Assembly (NCBI RefSeq): GCF_006345805.1
Contig: NC_043002.1
Location: forward strand, 74,214,001-74,278,000
Reading direction: 5' to 3'
From: Octopus sinensis
Lineage: Eukaryota
DNA: 64,000 bases
Shown here piece by piece: positions 12,195 through 25,382 of this stretch. The notes below the pieces were generated by a model. The model was given only the letters and a program-made list of their open reading frames with translations. It made no database searches and had not been told where the DNA came from. The translations under genes were made by a program, and so were the position numbers. The first letter of the stretch is position 1, and each line of letters begins with the position of its first letter.

Positions 12195-12804
12195 CAATAA
12201 TCCTTTCTACTAGAGGCACAAGGCCTCAAATTTTGAGGAAGGGGATGGTAGATTACATCAGCTTAACTGGTACTTTTTTCATTGACACATAAAGGAAGAA
12301 AGGCAAAGTCAACTTTAGAGGAATTTGAACACAAAATACCGCTAAGCATTTCACCTGGCATGCTAATGATTCTTTTCTACTTTAGGTACAAGGCCTGAAA
12401 TTTTGGGGGAGGGGGGGCAGTCGATTAGATTGACCCCAGTATGCAACTGGTACTTAATTTATTGACCCATAAAAGGATGAAAGGCAAAGTCGACCCCAGC
12501 AAAATTTGAACTCAGAATGTAAAGACAGACGAAATACCACTAAGCATTTCGCCTGGCATGCTAACGATTCTTATTTCTTTATTGCCCACAAGGAGTTAAA
12601 CATAGAGGGGACAAACAAGGACAGACAAAGGTATTAAGTCGATTACGTCGACCCCAGTGTGTAACTGGTACTTAATTTATTGACCCCAAAAGGATGAAAG
12701 GCATAGTCGACCTCGGTGGAATTTGAACTCAGAACATAACGGGAGACAAAATACCACTAAGCATTTTGCCCAGCATGCTAACAATTCTGCCAGACTAATG
12801 CCTT
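12195..12804 (-). mobile_element. Trimeric SINE array
   Basis: Three copies of the GAGTTCAAATT...GTCGAC...AAGTACCAGTT core (minus strand), flanked once by TGATTAAATTA (12184-12194 / 12805-12815); monomers at about 1020-1235, 16860-17078, 24890-25110, 27880-28300 and 60220-60430. Confidence 0.88.
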
Positions 12805-13298
12805 TGATTAAATTATAATGATAATAAAAAACAAAAAAGAAAGACCTATTGATGTCTGCATATTCAATTTTAGTTCTATCTCTTCAGCTCTTCTACATTA
12901 ATCATCCATGTTTTATGCAAAGTCAACTTATGTCAGATTAAATACAGATGATTTGAGAAAATAGAGTATTGGTCAAACTATGCATGAGCTGCAGCTACAT
13001 TAGTATGAATATAATGTGAATGGATGTTATATGGAGGGTGAGACAAAGTAGTTTGAGATGAAACTGGAGAAGTTTCTGATCAGGAAAAATATCTGGGAAT
13101 CTCAGAAGTGATAACAACACATCTGAAAATACAGAATGTCATGGAAGAGATGGCAGGGGATCAGAATGATTAATGGTTTCAGGTCCAGTCTCAATGCATA
13201 GCACTTTGGGCAAGTATTTTCTTTTCTAAAGCCCCAGGGTAACTAATAACCATATAAATAGATTTCACAGACAGAAACTGAAAGAAGCCTGTCATATA

Positions 13299-13514
13299 TG
13301 AAGGGGTGCCGAAAAGTTCCTGGCTTTAAGGATATCACAAAAGGCTTGGTTTGAGGGCCAACCTTTCAAGTTCTTTTACAGAGTTTAGAAAAACTAAAGG
13401 ACTGCTGCAATAAGTGTATGAATCAGAGAGGGGAATATGTTGAATAAAATCATAATTAACTGATCCTCCTGTTTTTTCTTTTACCCAAAGCCAGGAACTT
13501 TCAGCACTCCCTCA
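13299..13514 (+). mobile_element. Internally deleted mariner (MITE)
   Basis: TA TSD; TIRs TGAAGGGGTGCCGAAAAGTTCCTGGCTTT / AAAGCCAGGAACTTTCAGCACTCCCTCA; internal remnant of the transposase C-terminus (...NKCMNQRGEYVE*). Confidence 0.8.
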
Positions 13515-13717
13515 TATGAATGTATACATATACATATATATGTGTGTGTGTGTGTGTGAAAGTAACTTTCTCTTGACATTATGTGATATGTGTAAACAAG
13601 CATCACCACCATACAAACAATGTTTATTCCTACAGTTTAATGACTGAAACCAGTAAAAGATAAATGACATCTCACTTCCCTAAAGAAAACAATGATAGAA
13701 AGTAAGGAAATACTCAC

Positions 13718-13886
13718 CCATGTAATGATCGCACAAGTATGTCAGATCTGGACGATGTGTAAACATTAAGGAAATTCGTCGTATTGCCATTGGTTACTAG
13801 CCATCTACTGATGTCGCCAAGTTCTTTCGCCACCTTTTCTGGTAGATGTTCAAGTATATCTGGTTCTCCATTGCCTGATTGAAGCT
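13718..13886 (-). CDS. EXOC7: EXOC7 coding exon 6
   Basis: gacag|AG CTT...CAT GG|gtgag; LQSGNGEPDILEHLPEKVAKELGDISRWLV...RSDILVRSLH; 169 nt, phase 1 to 2. Confidence 0.95.
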
Positions 13887-14815
13887 CTGTCAACAGAAAA
13901 CAGCAATAAACCATAAACATGGAATAAATATATAATGTATATAATAAACAGTTTAACAGAGAGACTTTTACATGTTGCACTAAAAAGCTAACTTGAAATA
14001 TATTACTGGGGACAAAGCAATATTAATTAATGACTAATATCTTTATCTTTTTGTTTTTTATATACATAGATGCAGGCGTGGCTGTGTGGTAAGAAGCTTG
14101 CTTCCAAACCACATGGTTTTGAGTTCAAGTGTCTTCTACTACAACCACGGGTTGACCAAAGCGTTCTGATTGAATGTGGTAGATGGAAACTGAAAGAAGC
14201 CTGCCATGTGTGTGTGTGTTTGTCCCCCACAACCACTTGACAACCGATGTTGGTGTGTTTACGTCCCCATAATCTAGCGATTCAGCAAAAGAGACCGATA
14301 GAATAAGTACCAAGCTTAAAAAAAAAATTTCATTTCACTCTAATTTCTTCAAGGTGATGTCTCAGCATGGCCACAGTCTAATGACTGAAACAAGTAAAAT
14401 ATATACATCAAATATGGGAGACAACTCTAGATGTCTTTCAATCTGACCTCATCAGTAACACAGTTTTCACCACACTTACTAAAATAGTTATGAAATAATC
14501 ATTAAGTAAGTGTACAAGATTGCACATTGGTGGCACAAGAGAACAGAATTGTTTAGAGAATACATAAGTAAAAATAATATGCCATCTCCATGAAAAAAAT
14601 AATAGTTCAGTTAGTGCTAACATATTTAATGCAGGGAACATGTACAATAAGTACCTATAAAACCAAACAGCTAAGGAAGACAAAAAGCAATGTTTGTAAA
14701 TATACATAATGTAAAAAATGATACTGAAAATCATTTTTCATGTGTCTAGTATAAACTGAATTTCAAGATTAGAAGTGATTGTTCATAAAAACAAATTTTT
14801 AAGCAGCCTACATAC

Positions 14816-14933
14816 CTTCATCAGTTCCCAACATATCCAGAATGAGAATAGGGGGAACAGGTTTACCATATCTGGATAACTGAGACTCAAATTCTTTACC
14901 AAGCACTTCTTTACCATCTTCAAATAACTGAAC
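14816..14933 (-). CDS. EXOC7: EXOC7 coding exon 5
   Basis: tttcag|GTT...GAA G|gtatg; VQLFEDGKEVLGKEFESQLSRYGKPVPPILILDMLGTDE; 118 nt, phase 0 to 1. Confidence 0.95.
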
Positions 14934-15566
14934 CTGAAAAGAGAACAAAAATTCATCCAGGAAATTTATTATTATTATAAAGTCACCTCCCCACTTTGTA
15001 GCAGAAGCTTCTTTCCTCTTGCTGTCTTTTGTCTTTCAAGGTACTTAGGAACTTCACTAGAGCTAGTGGCATAAAAAAAGAACCCAGTACATACTATAAA
15101 GTGGTTGGTTGGCATTATGAAGGGCATCCAAATGATAGAAACCAAGTCAAAGCTGACATTGGAGCTCAGCATAGCCCTGCAGTTTACCAGGTCCTGTTAA
15201 ATGATCCAACCTATGCATCATCATCATCATTTAATATCCATTTTTCATGCAGGTATGGGTTGGGTGGTTTGACCAGAGCTGGAAAAGGCCGGGAGCCTCA
15301 CCAGGTTCCATAGTCTATTTTGGCATGATTATTACAGCTGGATATCCTTCCTAATGCCAACCACTTTACAGAGTTACTGGGTGATTTTTTTTACATGGCA
15401 CTAACATTAATGCTTCTTTTTATGTGGCACCAGCACCAGGCATAGAAAATGGACATTAAATTATCTGATGATGACTGCACCACACAAATGATTGTAACAA
15501 TGTTAATAAAAGTATAAAAGTAAAAGCAGTCCATCTAGCACAATATTCAAGTTATTTTATAGCTTC

Positions 15567-15937
15567 AAAATCAATCAACATCAATGGAAATTGTAGCTGT
15601 GATACCAGTGCCGGTGGCACATAAAATGCACCATCCAATTGTGGCCATTGCCAGTGCCACCCCGACTGGCCTCTGTGCCAGTGGCACGTAAAAAGCACCA
15701 TCCAATCGTGGTCGTTTGCCAGCCTCGTCTGGCACCTGTGCCGGTGGCACGTAAAAAGCACCCACTACACTCACAGAGTGGTTGGCGTTAGGAAGGGCAT
15801 CCAGCCACAGAAACATTGCCAGATCAGACTGGGCCTGGTGCAGCCTTCTGGCTTCCCAGACCCCAGTTGAACCGTCCAACCCATGCTAGCATGGAAAGCG
15901 GACGCTAAACGATGATGATGATGATGATGATGATGAT
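15567..15937 (+). mobile_element. Young (GAT)n-tailed SINE with internal ~60-bp subrepeats
   Basis: Long pure (GAT)n tail; close reverse-complement relatives at 41404-41695, 27240-27745, 23757-24135 and 62953-63050; plus copy at 29935-30200. Confidence 0.85.
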
Positions 15938-17725
15938 AAACCCTAAAGCTAGACTGTCATGTAGTTAACAAAAAAGCAAGGAGAATGATAATGATTATTT
16001 CCAACATGGATGATAATGTTGTAAGGGATGATAAAGTCACTATTTACTTTACTGATACAGGGGGAGGGAATGTCAGGGAAAGCAAGTTAATCCAGATAGT
16101 ATTTGAATTTAGATCATAAACTGACAGAACTAAATGCAGTCAGGCATCAAGTCTGTTTCTGATACTCCATGGTTTTCATAAGAATAATGATTTCTATAGG
16201 CACATTGCCACAACATTAGCACAAGGACAGACATTTTTGAGCTGATTAAAATGAACTCAGTATTTGACTAGAACTTTATTTCATAGGGCCCAGAAGGGGG
16301 AAAGCAAAGTTGATTTTGATAGAATTTGAACTCAGGCCTCAAGTTTCTGGCTTAAGTACCAGGTGTTGTCTCCTGATGTGTGTGTATGTGCACGTCTACA
16401 CACATACATAGAGAGAAATGCATAATTCAATTTGTGAAATAAATTCTTAAAATACCAGACTATTTTGTACCAAATCTATGTAAAATTGATCAATTAATTA
16501 CATATGTAAATAGTATCTACTTTGGTTCATTACATAAGACTTTTTTTCTCTATTTAAAAAAAAATTTGTAAAATGTAGCATAAAATTGAACATTTAATTT
16601 GATATGATAAGAATAAAAGTGATTATGGGAGATTAATTTTCAGGAGTTAAAATGTTTTTATTCAAATTATTTTTACAATTTCAATAAATTAAAGATGATC
16701 AAAATTAAGATTCAGTATTTTATCCTATTTTAATTGTGTAAATAAATTCTTTAATAAGTTGATCTTCATTACAGAAAGAACTTGTAAAGAGATAGATTTG
16801 AATCAAATGGTGATTAGATATTATTTTGTGGTTTTTATTATTGACCACATTAGGATAGCAAACTTACAGAATCATTAGCATGCCAGGTAAAATGCTTAGT
16901 GGCATTTCATCCATCTCTACATTGCGAGTTCAAATTCCATTGAAGCTGACTTTGCCTTTCAGCCTTTCAAGGTGAATAAAATAAGTACCCGTTGGGCACT
17001 GGGGTTGATGTAATCAACTAGCCCCCACCCCATCTTCCCCAAATGTTTAGCCTTGTGCCTATAGTAGAAAGAATTATTGACTCCATTAGCAAGGGATTGA
17101 CACAATGAAATTTTTTTTTGAAATTCAAATGGACCTCATTGTTATCACTGAGTAATTCAAAGTGAATCAAAATTATGATTAGAATGTACAAATATGGCTA
17201 AACTTCAGTCACTGAAGAATATCAAAAGGGATATGTCAGTACACAACAAAAAACACTGGACTGAGTAGAACATAGCTAGCATGGTTGGCGAGCACATTCT
17301 GGTCAGAGTCAATTCTTATTTGGAGTTACTGCTCTCCTTTGTTCAATCAATTATTTTGATGATTAATTAACTATAGGAACACTAAGTAGTGGTGATTAGG
17401 ATAAAGCTCACTGTTTAGTGTATTTTTAATAAATTAATCTCAGCTTGACAAAGCTTTGCACATGCCAACCAAGAAATTTATTATTTGCTGTTTACTTATA
17501 AGAACAGCAGTTCTTAGTAAGCTATGAATGATGGATACAGTGTCTGTAGTTAATGAAGTGCAATAACACAAGAGCATGTCCTATTGTCATATGATGTCAT
17601 TTATAGCCCAGTTTAGTGTGTTTTCAAACACACATTATCCTACAAGAATTTTTCTTCCAAGACAGTTACTGCAGCAAAGGCCTTTTCACATTTGAACAGG
17701 ATAATAAGTTTACATAATTACTTAC

Positions 17726-17834
17726 TACTTCTGTCAGTTCCAAGCTACCAGGATTGTGATCTTTAAAATAGCGAACAGCTTTCAGAACACTTTCCATATG
17801 TTCCAGATATTTCTCCAGCCCACTGGCAATTGGT
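17726..17834 (-). CDS. EXOC7: EXOC7 coding exon 4
   Basis: ttctag|A CCA...GAA GTA|gtaag; PIASGLEKYLEHMESVLKAVRYFKDHNPGSLELTEV; 109 nt, phase 2 to 0. Confidence 0.95.
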
Positions 17835-18993
17835 CTAGAAAAGCAGGCAGAAAACAATATAACCATGAGGGAGAAAGAGAAGAGGGAATACACACACACA
17901 CAAAGAAGAAAGAGAGAGATGATATATCAGAGAAGTTATAGATATGAAAGAAATAAATAAAAGGGGAGTTAAAGAAAGATTCTAAATAAAGATTCTAAAT
18001 GCTTGTTTTTTTTTTTTTGTTAATTTATATAACTAATTGACTGCTTTTACCAACTCTGTTGTAAATGAAATAAGTATCAATAATATAGTAAGATCATTTC
18101 AATGTCTTGTGCAGTCAACTCAGTATTTCATACTGACATATCCTATAAACCATACATCTTACTACTAATGCTCTTTGCTCTGTGAGAACTTTCTCTAAGA
18201 TCCAAGAACCAGAAAATATCTAATATTACCTAAACACTAATGATAATGATATCTGGAGGAAGATAATTGTATGAAACTCCTATTTCTCATTAACAACACT
18301 AATTTTAGAAAAACATCATCAGCATTTCCAGCAAACTTCATGGAGCTGCATCAAAGAAACAAGGTTTTCTTTTCAGAGCAAGTGTTTCATTCCTGAATAC
18401 TTTTTGGTTTTCTCCATACCCAAATAAAGCCAAATAATGCCCTCTACACTCATCCACTAATGGCAATCAAATCTGCAATTGAAACATATCCATTGATCTG
18501 ATAAGATAAATTCTTAAACTTTTGATTTATCATCATAATCTATTTTTCATCTACCTCTTCTATTGATAACAAAGTGCTTATGAAAACTTGCTAGTTGCAT
18601 CTATTCTTCATGAATGGAACTACTGTGCTTGTCTCTAAGCTTCCCAGTATTTGCTGTCTCTTCATCTAACCACATCGTAAACACTACCTGCTATATTTCA
18701 TTCCAATGTTTTGTATCCAGTAAAATTCTCTCTCCACTCATAGGTTCCCACAATACATTAACCTGCTTTTGCAAGTTTCAGATTAACCACATCAATATTA
18801 GTCATACTCCTCTTTCACTTTGCTATTTGGAGGGTATTCTTTGGACTAGGGATAATGTCCTTCCTCCTTGTGCACACACACAGAGTATTGACAATAATTA
18901 TGAAAAGATACATTAATTAAGGAATAAATGGATGCATTTTAGTGTAAAACATATAAAGAACTCAACAAAAAAGTTTCATAAAAGACAACTCAC

Positions 18994-19078
18994 CCTTCCT
19001 TGATGGCAAACTCTAGATCTTTAGCTATATGATAATATCCAAGTACATTGTCAAGAGTTGACATTGTTTTATCAATGT
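18994..19078 (-). CDS. EXOC7: EXOC7 coding exon 3
   Basis: ccag|AC ATT GAT...GAA GG|gtgag; (N)IDKTMSTLDNVLGYYHIAKDLEFAIKE(G); 85 nt, phase 1 to 2. Confidence 0.93.
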
Positions 19079-19689
19079 CTGGTGACATTAAGGAATGAAA
19101 CTAAACATAAATATAAACATATCATTACAGAAGTCAGCTCAGTATAATAGTTAAGCACTAACAACAGTATGCCTTTCAATTATGTACAATTAGACAGGTT
19201 ATTACAGAAATTTTGAATTAACAGTATCAATACACAAATCTTACATACATACCAACTGAAAAAGTTAATTCCAAACTGCTAAAACCATTATGTGCTTTTC
19301 AAATGTTAGATCTTAAAATCTCTAATAGCATATCATGGAGATTACATGTTTGTATCTTGTGCTGGTAGAGTGGTAGCACCTATATAACTGGTCCATGGAT
19401 CACACTCAGCTTCAAGTAGTTGCTCAACCATGACAGCAAGTAACAACAGAATATTGATATTGATTGATCAGCTAAATGTTGCATTGATGACCAGCTAGTC
19501 TAACTGTTGATGGGGGGTGGGCATGCTTTGACCCACCCTTAGTATCAAGTGGTTTGACGACAGAATTTAAATGAGTAAAGACGAATAAAACTGCAGGTGT
19601 AGTCCACAAATCCATACCCAGCTGCAGCACCCATGCCCATCTCCTGCACACTAAGGAAACATACTTGCTGTCACATTCCTCCAGATTTA

Positions 19690-20018
19690 CTCTCTTTACT
19701 TGTTTCAGGCATTTGATTGTGGCCATGCTGGAGCACTGCCTTTAGTCAGGCAAATCAACCCCGGGACTTATTCTTTGTGAGCCTAGTACTTATTCTATTG
19801 ATCTCTTTTGCCGAACTGCTAAGTGACGGGGATATAAACACACCAGCATCAGTTGTCAAACAATGCTAGGAGGACAAACACAGACACGCAAACATACATA
19901 TATATATATACATATATATGACAGGCTTCTTTCAGTTTCCGTAGAAGACACTTGCCCAAGATGCCACGCAGTGGGACTGAACCCAGAACCATGTGGTTCG
20001 TAAGCAACTCCTGCGCCT
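19690..20018 (-). mobile_element. tRNA-derived SINE with internal (TA/CA) microsatellite
   Basis: Same family at 42105-42522 (-), 1670-2032 (-), 14064-14400 (+) and 37010-37135; tRNA-like head GGCGCAGGAG...GGTTCAGTCCC. Confidence 0.85.
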
Positions 20019-20329
20019 ATATTTAGTGAGTAAAAATTAAAAACAAGGATATTTTTATATATAATACACTACACACGTGAAAAAAGAATTAATCAAAACT
20101 GACCATTACAAAAAGAAGTTGCTGACTGCTAATCTTTACATTAGATGATGAATAAATGTTCTTCTTTTTATCAGCTGAGTCACTTTACCTGCACACATTG
20201 GCTGATACCTTTAATGCCTAGCTACTGTCACAACTTTTTCATGCTCAGGATTTTATGTAAATTGATAGTAACCATTTGTACATATATATAACATCCAATG
20301 AATCATTTATACTTGCGTGTAATTATCAT

Positions 20330-22644
20330 GGTGTTTTTGCCGGCTTTGATGATCTCTGAGGGGATGCCGTCTTTTCCCGGAGCCTTGTTTCTTGCTAGGG
20401 AGTCAACAGCCTTGGTGAGCTCTGCTATAGATGGCGGACTGTCAAGTTCGCACATGACTGGCAAGATCTTGACACTCTCGACTGCAGCCTCAGCCACTGT
20501 AGTCTCCCGTGAGTAGAGACCCTGGTAGTGCTCCACCCATCTATCCATTTGCTTGCTTTGATCCCTGATGAGATCTCCAGTAGTTGATTTCAGAGGGGCT
20601 GACTTGGTTGCAGATGGACTGAGAGCCTTCTTCAAACCGGCATACATCCCACGGGTGTCGCCCCTGTCAGCAGCTGACTGGATACTCTGACAGATTTCCT
20701 GCCAATACCTGTTTGCACAGCATCTGGCTGTCAGTTGGGTTTTATTTCGTGCCTTTCTGAGTTCTTCGAGTGACTTTGTAGAAGAGTCGTTCTTGTATTG
20801 CATCAGAGCTGCACGCTTTGCTTCGATAACTGGCTCCAGCTCTGAGAGCCCAGCATTGAACCAATCTGGGTTTTGCTTTTCTCTCATGCCGAAAGTATCT
20901 ATTGATGTCGTATACAAAGCTTCCATGATATAGTTCCACCTACTTTCAGCTGCTCCATCCTGCTTCGGCACCTTCATGAGCTTCTGTGTCAGTGCTGGGA
21001 AGAGGGTACAGTCCCTCAGGATATGCGGGATGCTAACATCATTACGCTTTACAAAAACAAAGGTGACTGTGGTGATTGTAACAATTACCGTGGAATATCT
21101 CTTCTAAGCACTGTTGGAAAGACCTTTGCCCGCATTATCCTGGCCAGGCTACAACTACTTGCTTCTCGAATCTATCCGGAATCGCAGTGTGGCTTTAGAA
21201 GAAGCAGATCAACTATCGATATGATATTCTCCATACGCCAACTTCAGGAGAAGTCTAGAGAGCAGAAAATGCCATTATATATGGCCTTCATTGATCTAAC
21301 AAAGGCCTTTGACTCGGTAAGCAGAACAGGCCTCTTCATCCTGCTCCAAAAAATCGGATGTCCACCAAAGCTGCTGAGGATCATCAAGTCTTTTCATGAT
21401 GACATGCAAGGCACCATACAGCACAACGGTTCAACATCAGCCGCCTTCCAAATAAAAAACGGGGTAAAGCAAGGTTGTGTCCTCACTCCTACACTGTTTG
21501 ACATCTTCTCACTCTTACTCTCACATGCCTTTCAGACATCAGATGATGGAGTGTTTCTGCACAGTAGAAGTGATGGGAAACTGTTCAATCTCTCGCGCCT
21601 GCGTGCCAAGACCAAAATCAGAAACATCCTGATCAAGGAGATGCTATTTGCTGATGATGCCGCTCTGGTATCACACACAGAAGAAGCCCTCCAAAGGCTC
21701 ATTAACTGTTTTGAGCAAGCATGTAACGACTTTGGCTTAGCTATCAGCCTTAAGAAGACCAACATCATGGGTCAGGCTACATCGGACATCCCAAACATAC
21801 ATATTGGAGACCACAGATTACAAGAGGTGGAGAAGTTTACCTATCTTGGCTCTACCGTCACCTACAACCTATCCCTTGACGCTGAGCTCAATATACGCAT
21901 TGGCAAGGCAGCTGCTGCGATGGCCCAACTCTCCAAACGGGCTTGGGACAACAATAAGCTGACCAAGACCACGTAAATGAAGATCTACCAGGCATGTGTA
22001 CTTAGCACTCTACTGTATGGAAGTGAGACTTGGACGCTATACACACGCCAAGAGCGACGCCTAAACATCTTTCACCTGCGCTGCCTCCGGAAAATCCTCC
22101 GCATCAAATGGCAGAATCATATCCCCAACAAAGATGTCCTCAGGCAAGCAGGAATACCAAGCATGGATGCACTCCTCACACAAAGACGTATGAGATGGCT
22201 TGGGCATGTTAGCCATATGAAAGATGGCAGAATCCCCAAGGACATACTCTACGGAGAGCTTGCTAGGGGTACTAGGTCTGTGGGTAGACCGTTCTTACGT
22301 TACAAGGATGTATGCAAAAGGGACATGAAGGCCTGCAACATCAATATTAGCGGTTGGGAGGCAGTTGCTGGCAACCGTGGAGACTGGCGACGTACTGTAA
22401 AAGAGGGAATACAAAGGAGTGACAGAGAGAGAGAGGAGAAATGGAAAGACAAGAAACTATGGCATTGCAACCAGCCAGGAACAGTCTTCACTACATTTGC
22501 GGCACCTGCAAGAGGGAGTGTTTGTCCAGGATAGGACTACACAGCCACAGCAGGAAATGTATTAGGACATGAAATGTAAAAGCCGGACTAGACTACTTTA
22601 TGCGCAACTCCATTGTCTCCCGAAACAAAAAGGATGCCAACAAC
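20330..22644 (+). mobile_element. RTE-clade LINE, 5'-truncated, with inverted 5' segment (20330-~20972 minus; ~20973-22644 plus)
   Basis: RT motifs NYRGISLL, ESQCGFR, FIDLTKAFDSV, GVKQGC, LFADD; C-terminal C2H2 CGTCKRECLSRIGLHSH in a shifted frame; one stop at 21974; (CAA)n tail; TSD AATTATCAT at 20321-20329 and 22645-22653. Confidence 0.95.
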
Positions 22645-23022
22645 AATTATCATACAGTAATATAAAGCTCCATGAGGCTCCGGCAGTGGGTGGTGGCGAC
22701 CCCTGTTGTACTCTTTCGCCCCAACTTTCTCTCACTCTTTCTTCCTGTTTCTTGAGTAACGCTGTGATGGACTGACATCCCGTCCAGCTGGGGGGAACAC
22801 ATATGCCACAGAAACTGGGAAACCAGGCCATGAGCCTGGCTAGGCTTGAAAAGGGTGCATAAAAAAAATAAATATAAATTAACAATTAGAAAAAAAAAAG
22901 AACTATATAAGTCACTTGCACTCAATGGAAAGTGAACAGTAAACACTAATTACTCCAGACTATGAAGAAAGTTTATTACATCACTTTGTTAAGAGTAATG
23001 GGGAAAGCTTCAAAAAGGATAC

Positions 23023-23188
23023 TTTCTTGACGTCTTCTTAAGTTTTCTGTTTCTTGATATACTGGGAGAATTGTGTTTTCTAGCTTGCATAATCTTGTTT
23101 CAAAACTGTTTAAGATGGCTAACATGTTTTGTGTATTTGTATTGCTTTTATTAAGAGACTCCTTCAGTACAGAGAGATTGTACATCTC
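23023..23188 (-). CDS. EXOC7: EXOC7 coding exon 2
   Basis: tttcag|GAG...CAAGAAA|gtatcc; EMYNLSVLKESLNKSNTNTQNMLAILNSFETRLCKLENTILPVYQETENLRRRQE resembles the Exo70 N-terminal coiled coil; 166 nt, phase 0 to 1. Confidence 0.95.
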
Positions 23189-23437
23189 CTGAAAAGAAAT
23201 GACAATAAAATGAGACTTTACAATTGCTCTACAGTAATAAAAATGAAAACCAAAACATTTTTACATTAAATATGAGTTGCTGCTGTTGTTTAATATAAAG
23301 TTAGTCCATATTGAACAGACCTATGACCATAAGTCAGCTCAATGGGAGTATTAAGGAAGGAAAGCTTACAATAATAACAGGAAACGGTAGAGTGTTGAAA
23401 GCATCTAGTGTAATGTTCCCATTATTTCAATCAGATC

Positions 23438-23649
23438 AAAGGTGGCGAGCAGGCAGAATCGTTAGCATGCGGACGAAATGCTTAGCAATATTTTGTCTGC
23501 CACTACGTCTGAGTTCAAATTCACAGAGGTCGACTTTACCTTTCATCTTTTCAGGGTTGATAAATTAAGTACCAGTCAAGTACTGGAGTCAATGTAATCA
23601 ACTGTCCCCCTCCCCACAGATTCTAGGCCTTGTGCTTATAGTAGAAAGG
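23438..23649 (+). mobile_element. SINE monomer with 17-bp TSD
   Basis: ATTATTTCAATCAGATC at 23421-23437 and 23650-23666. Confidence 0.85.
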
Positions 23650-25325
23650 ATTATTTCAATCAGATCTGAGGTGATGAACTGCTAGACAAAATGTTTACTA
23701 GCTCTTTATATTCTGAGCTCAAATTCTGCAAAGGTTGACTTAGCTTTTATCCTTTCATCATCATTGTTTAACATCCATTTTCAATGCTGGCATGGGTTGG
23801 ACGGTTTGACTGAAGTCTGGAGAGCCAGCGGCTGTACCAGACTCCAATCTGATCTGACAATGTTTCTACAGCTGGATGCCCTTCTTAACTCCTACCACTC
23901 CAAGAGTGTAGTAGGTACTTTTTACATGCCACCAGCACAGGAGTCAGTCAGGAGGTCCTGGCATCAATCACATTCAGATATTGCTTTTTATGTGTCACCA
24001 GCACAGGAGCCAGTCAGGCAGATCTGACATCGACCACGTTTGGATGGTTCTTTTTATGTGCCACCTGCACAGGAGCCAGTCAGGGGGCACTAGCCACAGC
24101 TATGATTTTGGTTTCACTTGACTCAACAGGTCTTTAGAAGTCAAATATTAGGATCACCATAGTCATTGACCAAATCCGGAGAAGATGAACTGCAGACATT
24201 TCCTTATGTTTTTTAAGCTTCTCCAGGAATGTAAAAAGGTTTTGATCCAAGTAAAGAAAAAGGTAACTATATTCAACACATTTCCAGCATTTTGTACATA
24301 TCCTTAGTCCATATATAAAAACATTTTTTTCTATATGCAAAACAAAAGGGTATTAATGATCTACAATTGCTGTAATTTTTAACCTGTTTCCACCAAGTTA
24401 TTTGTTGCTTATTAAACTTTTCTTGATGAGAACCCTTAATGATGTAAAAGATTTTTGTAGTAAAACATACTTGTATTACAGATAGAACAAATACTCACCC
24501 TGAGCATCTACCTTTACAACAAAGCTAACTAGATCTAAGAAGGATGCTTTAGGCATCTGACAATCAAGAATCTATTTTTGTCTAAGTGCAATTGATTCCA
24601 TTAATAAAAGTTACTTTTTTAAGCTCTTCATGACCTTCCCAGGAATAGTGGGCTCGAAGTCTTTTTATGCCTTTTAAAAACCATTTTTTTTTGTGAATAC
24701 ATACCCTTTTATAATTATGATCAATTTAAAAACAATATAGAAAATAACACTTTAGTGTTTCTTTGCATTGTTTATTAGTAAATACACTATTTCATTACCC
24801 AAACTCGTTTATTTTATACTGTTTGGGATTCGATGTGTTTTCTTTATTTTTTTCCCTTATAAGTTCTGTATAATAGTTTTAAACAGATAGTGGCTTGCAA
24901 GAATCAGTAGAGCGTCAGATAAAATGTCATGCGGTATTTATTCCGGTTCTTCACATTCTGAGTTCAAATTCCGGCAAAGTCAACTTTGCTTTTCATCTTT
25001 TCAGGATTGTTAAAATAAAGTACCAGTCAAATACAGGGGAGTCAATGTAATCGACTTAATACCCACCCCCATCAAAATTTCCGGCGTTGTATCTACACCA
25101 GAAACAATTATTGTTATTCTTACAGTTTCTTCGAACTTTATCAGTGAATCACTTGTTGATAACTTAAACGTAGTAAAAGCAAAAGAAATTATAGGGAGTA
25201 GTTGAAATGCTGATATTTTACCACTCAAGACGAAATAAATATTTAGAAATCTTTCCTTCATCTTGATGTCCTGACCATCAGCTGTGATGATAACGACGGA
25301 AAGAAGTTGTCAACAAAATACTCAC

Positions 25326-25382
25326 CTTCTCCAGTTTTCTGTCGATGTCTGCTTTAAGCACTGAAATATCATCCATGTCCAT
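25326..25382 (-). CDS. EXOC7: Exocyst complex component 7 (Exo70), coding exon 1
   Basis: ATG at 25382 (context caaaATGg), encodes MDMDDISVLKADIDRKLEK, donor AAG|gtgag, phase 0 matching the next exon. Confidence 0.85.

Noticed and set aside
20303-20977. 224-aa minus-strand ORF as an independent nested gene
   Set aside because: It is the linker region upstream of the RT of the adjacent RTE element, inverted and enclosed by the same TSD.
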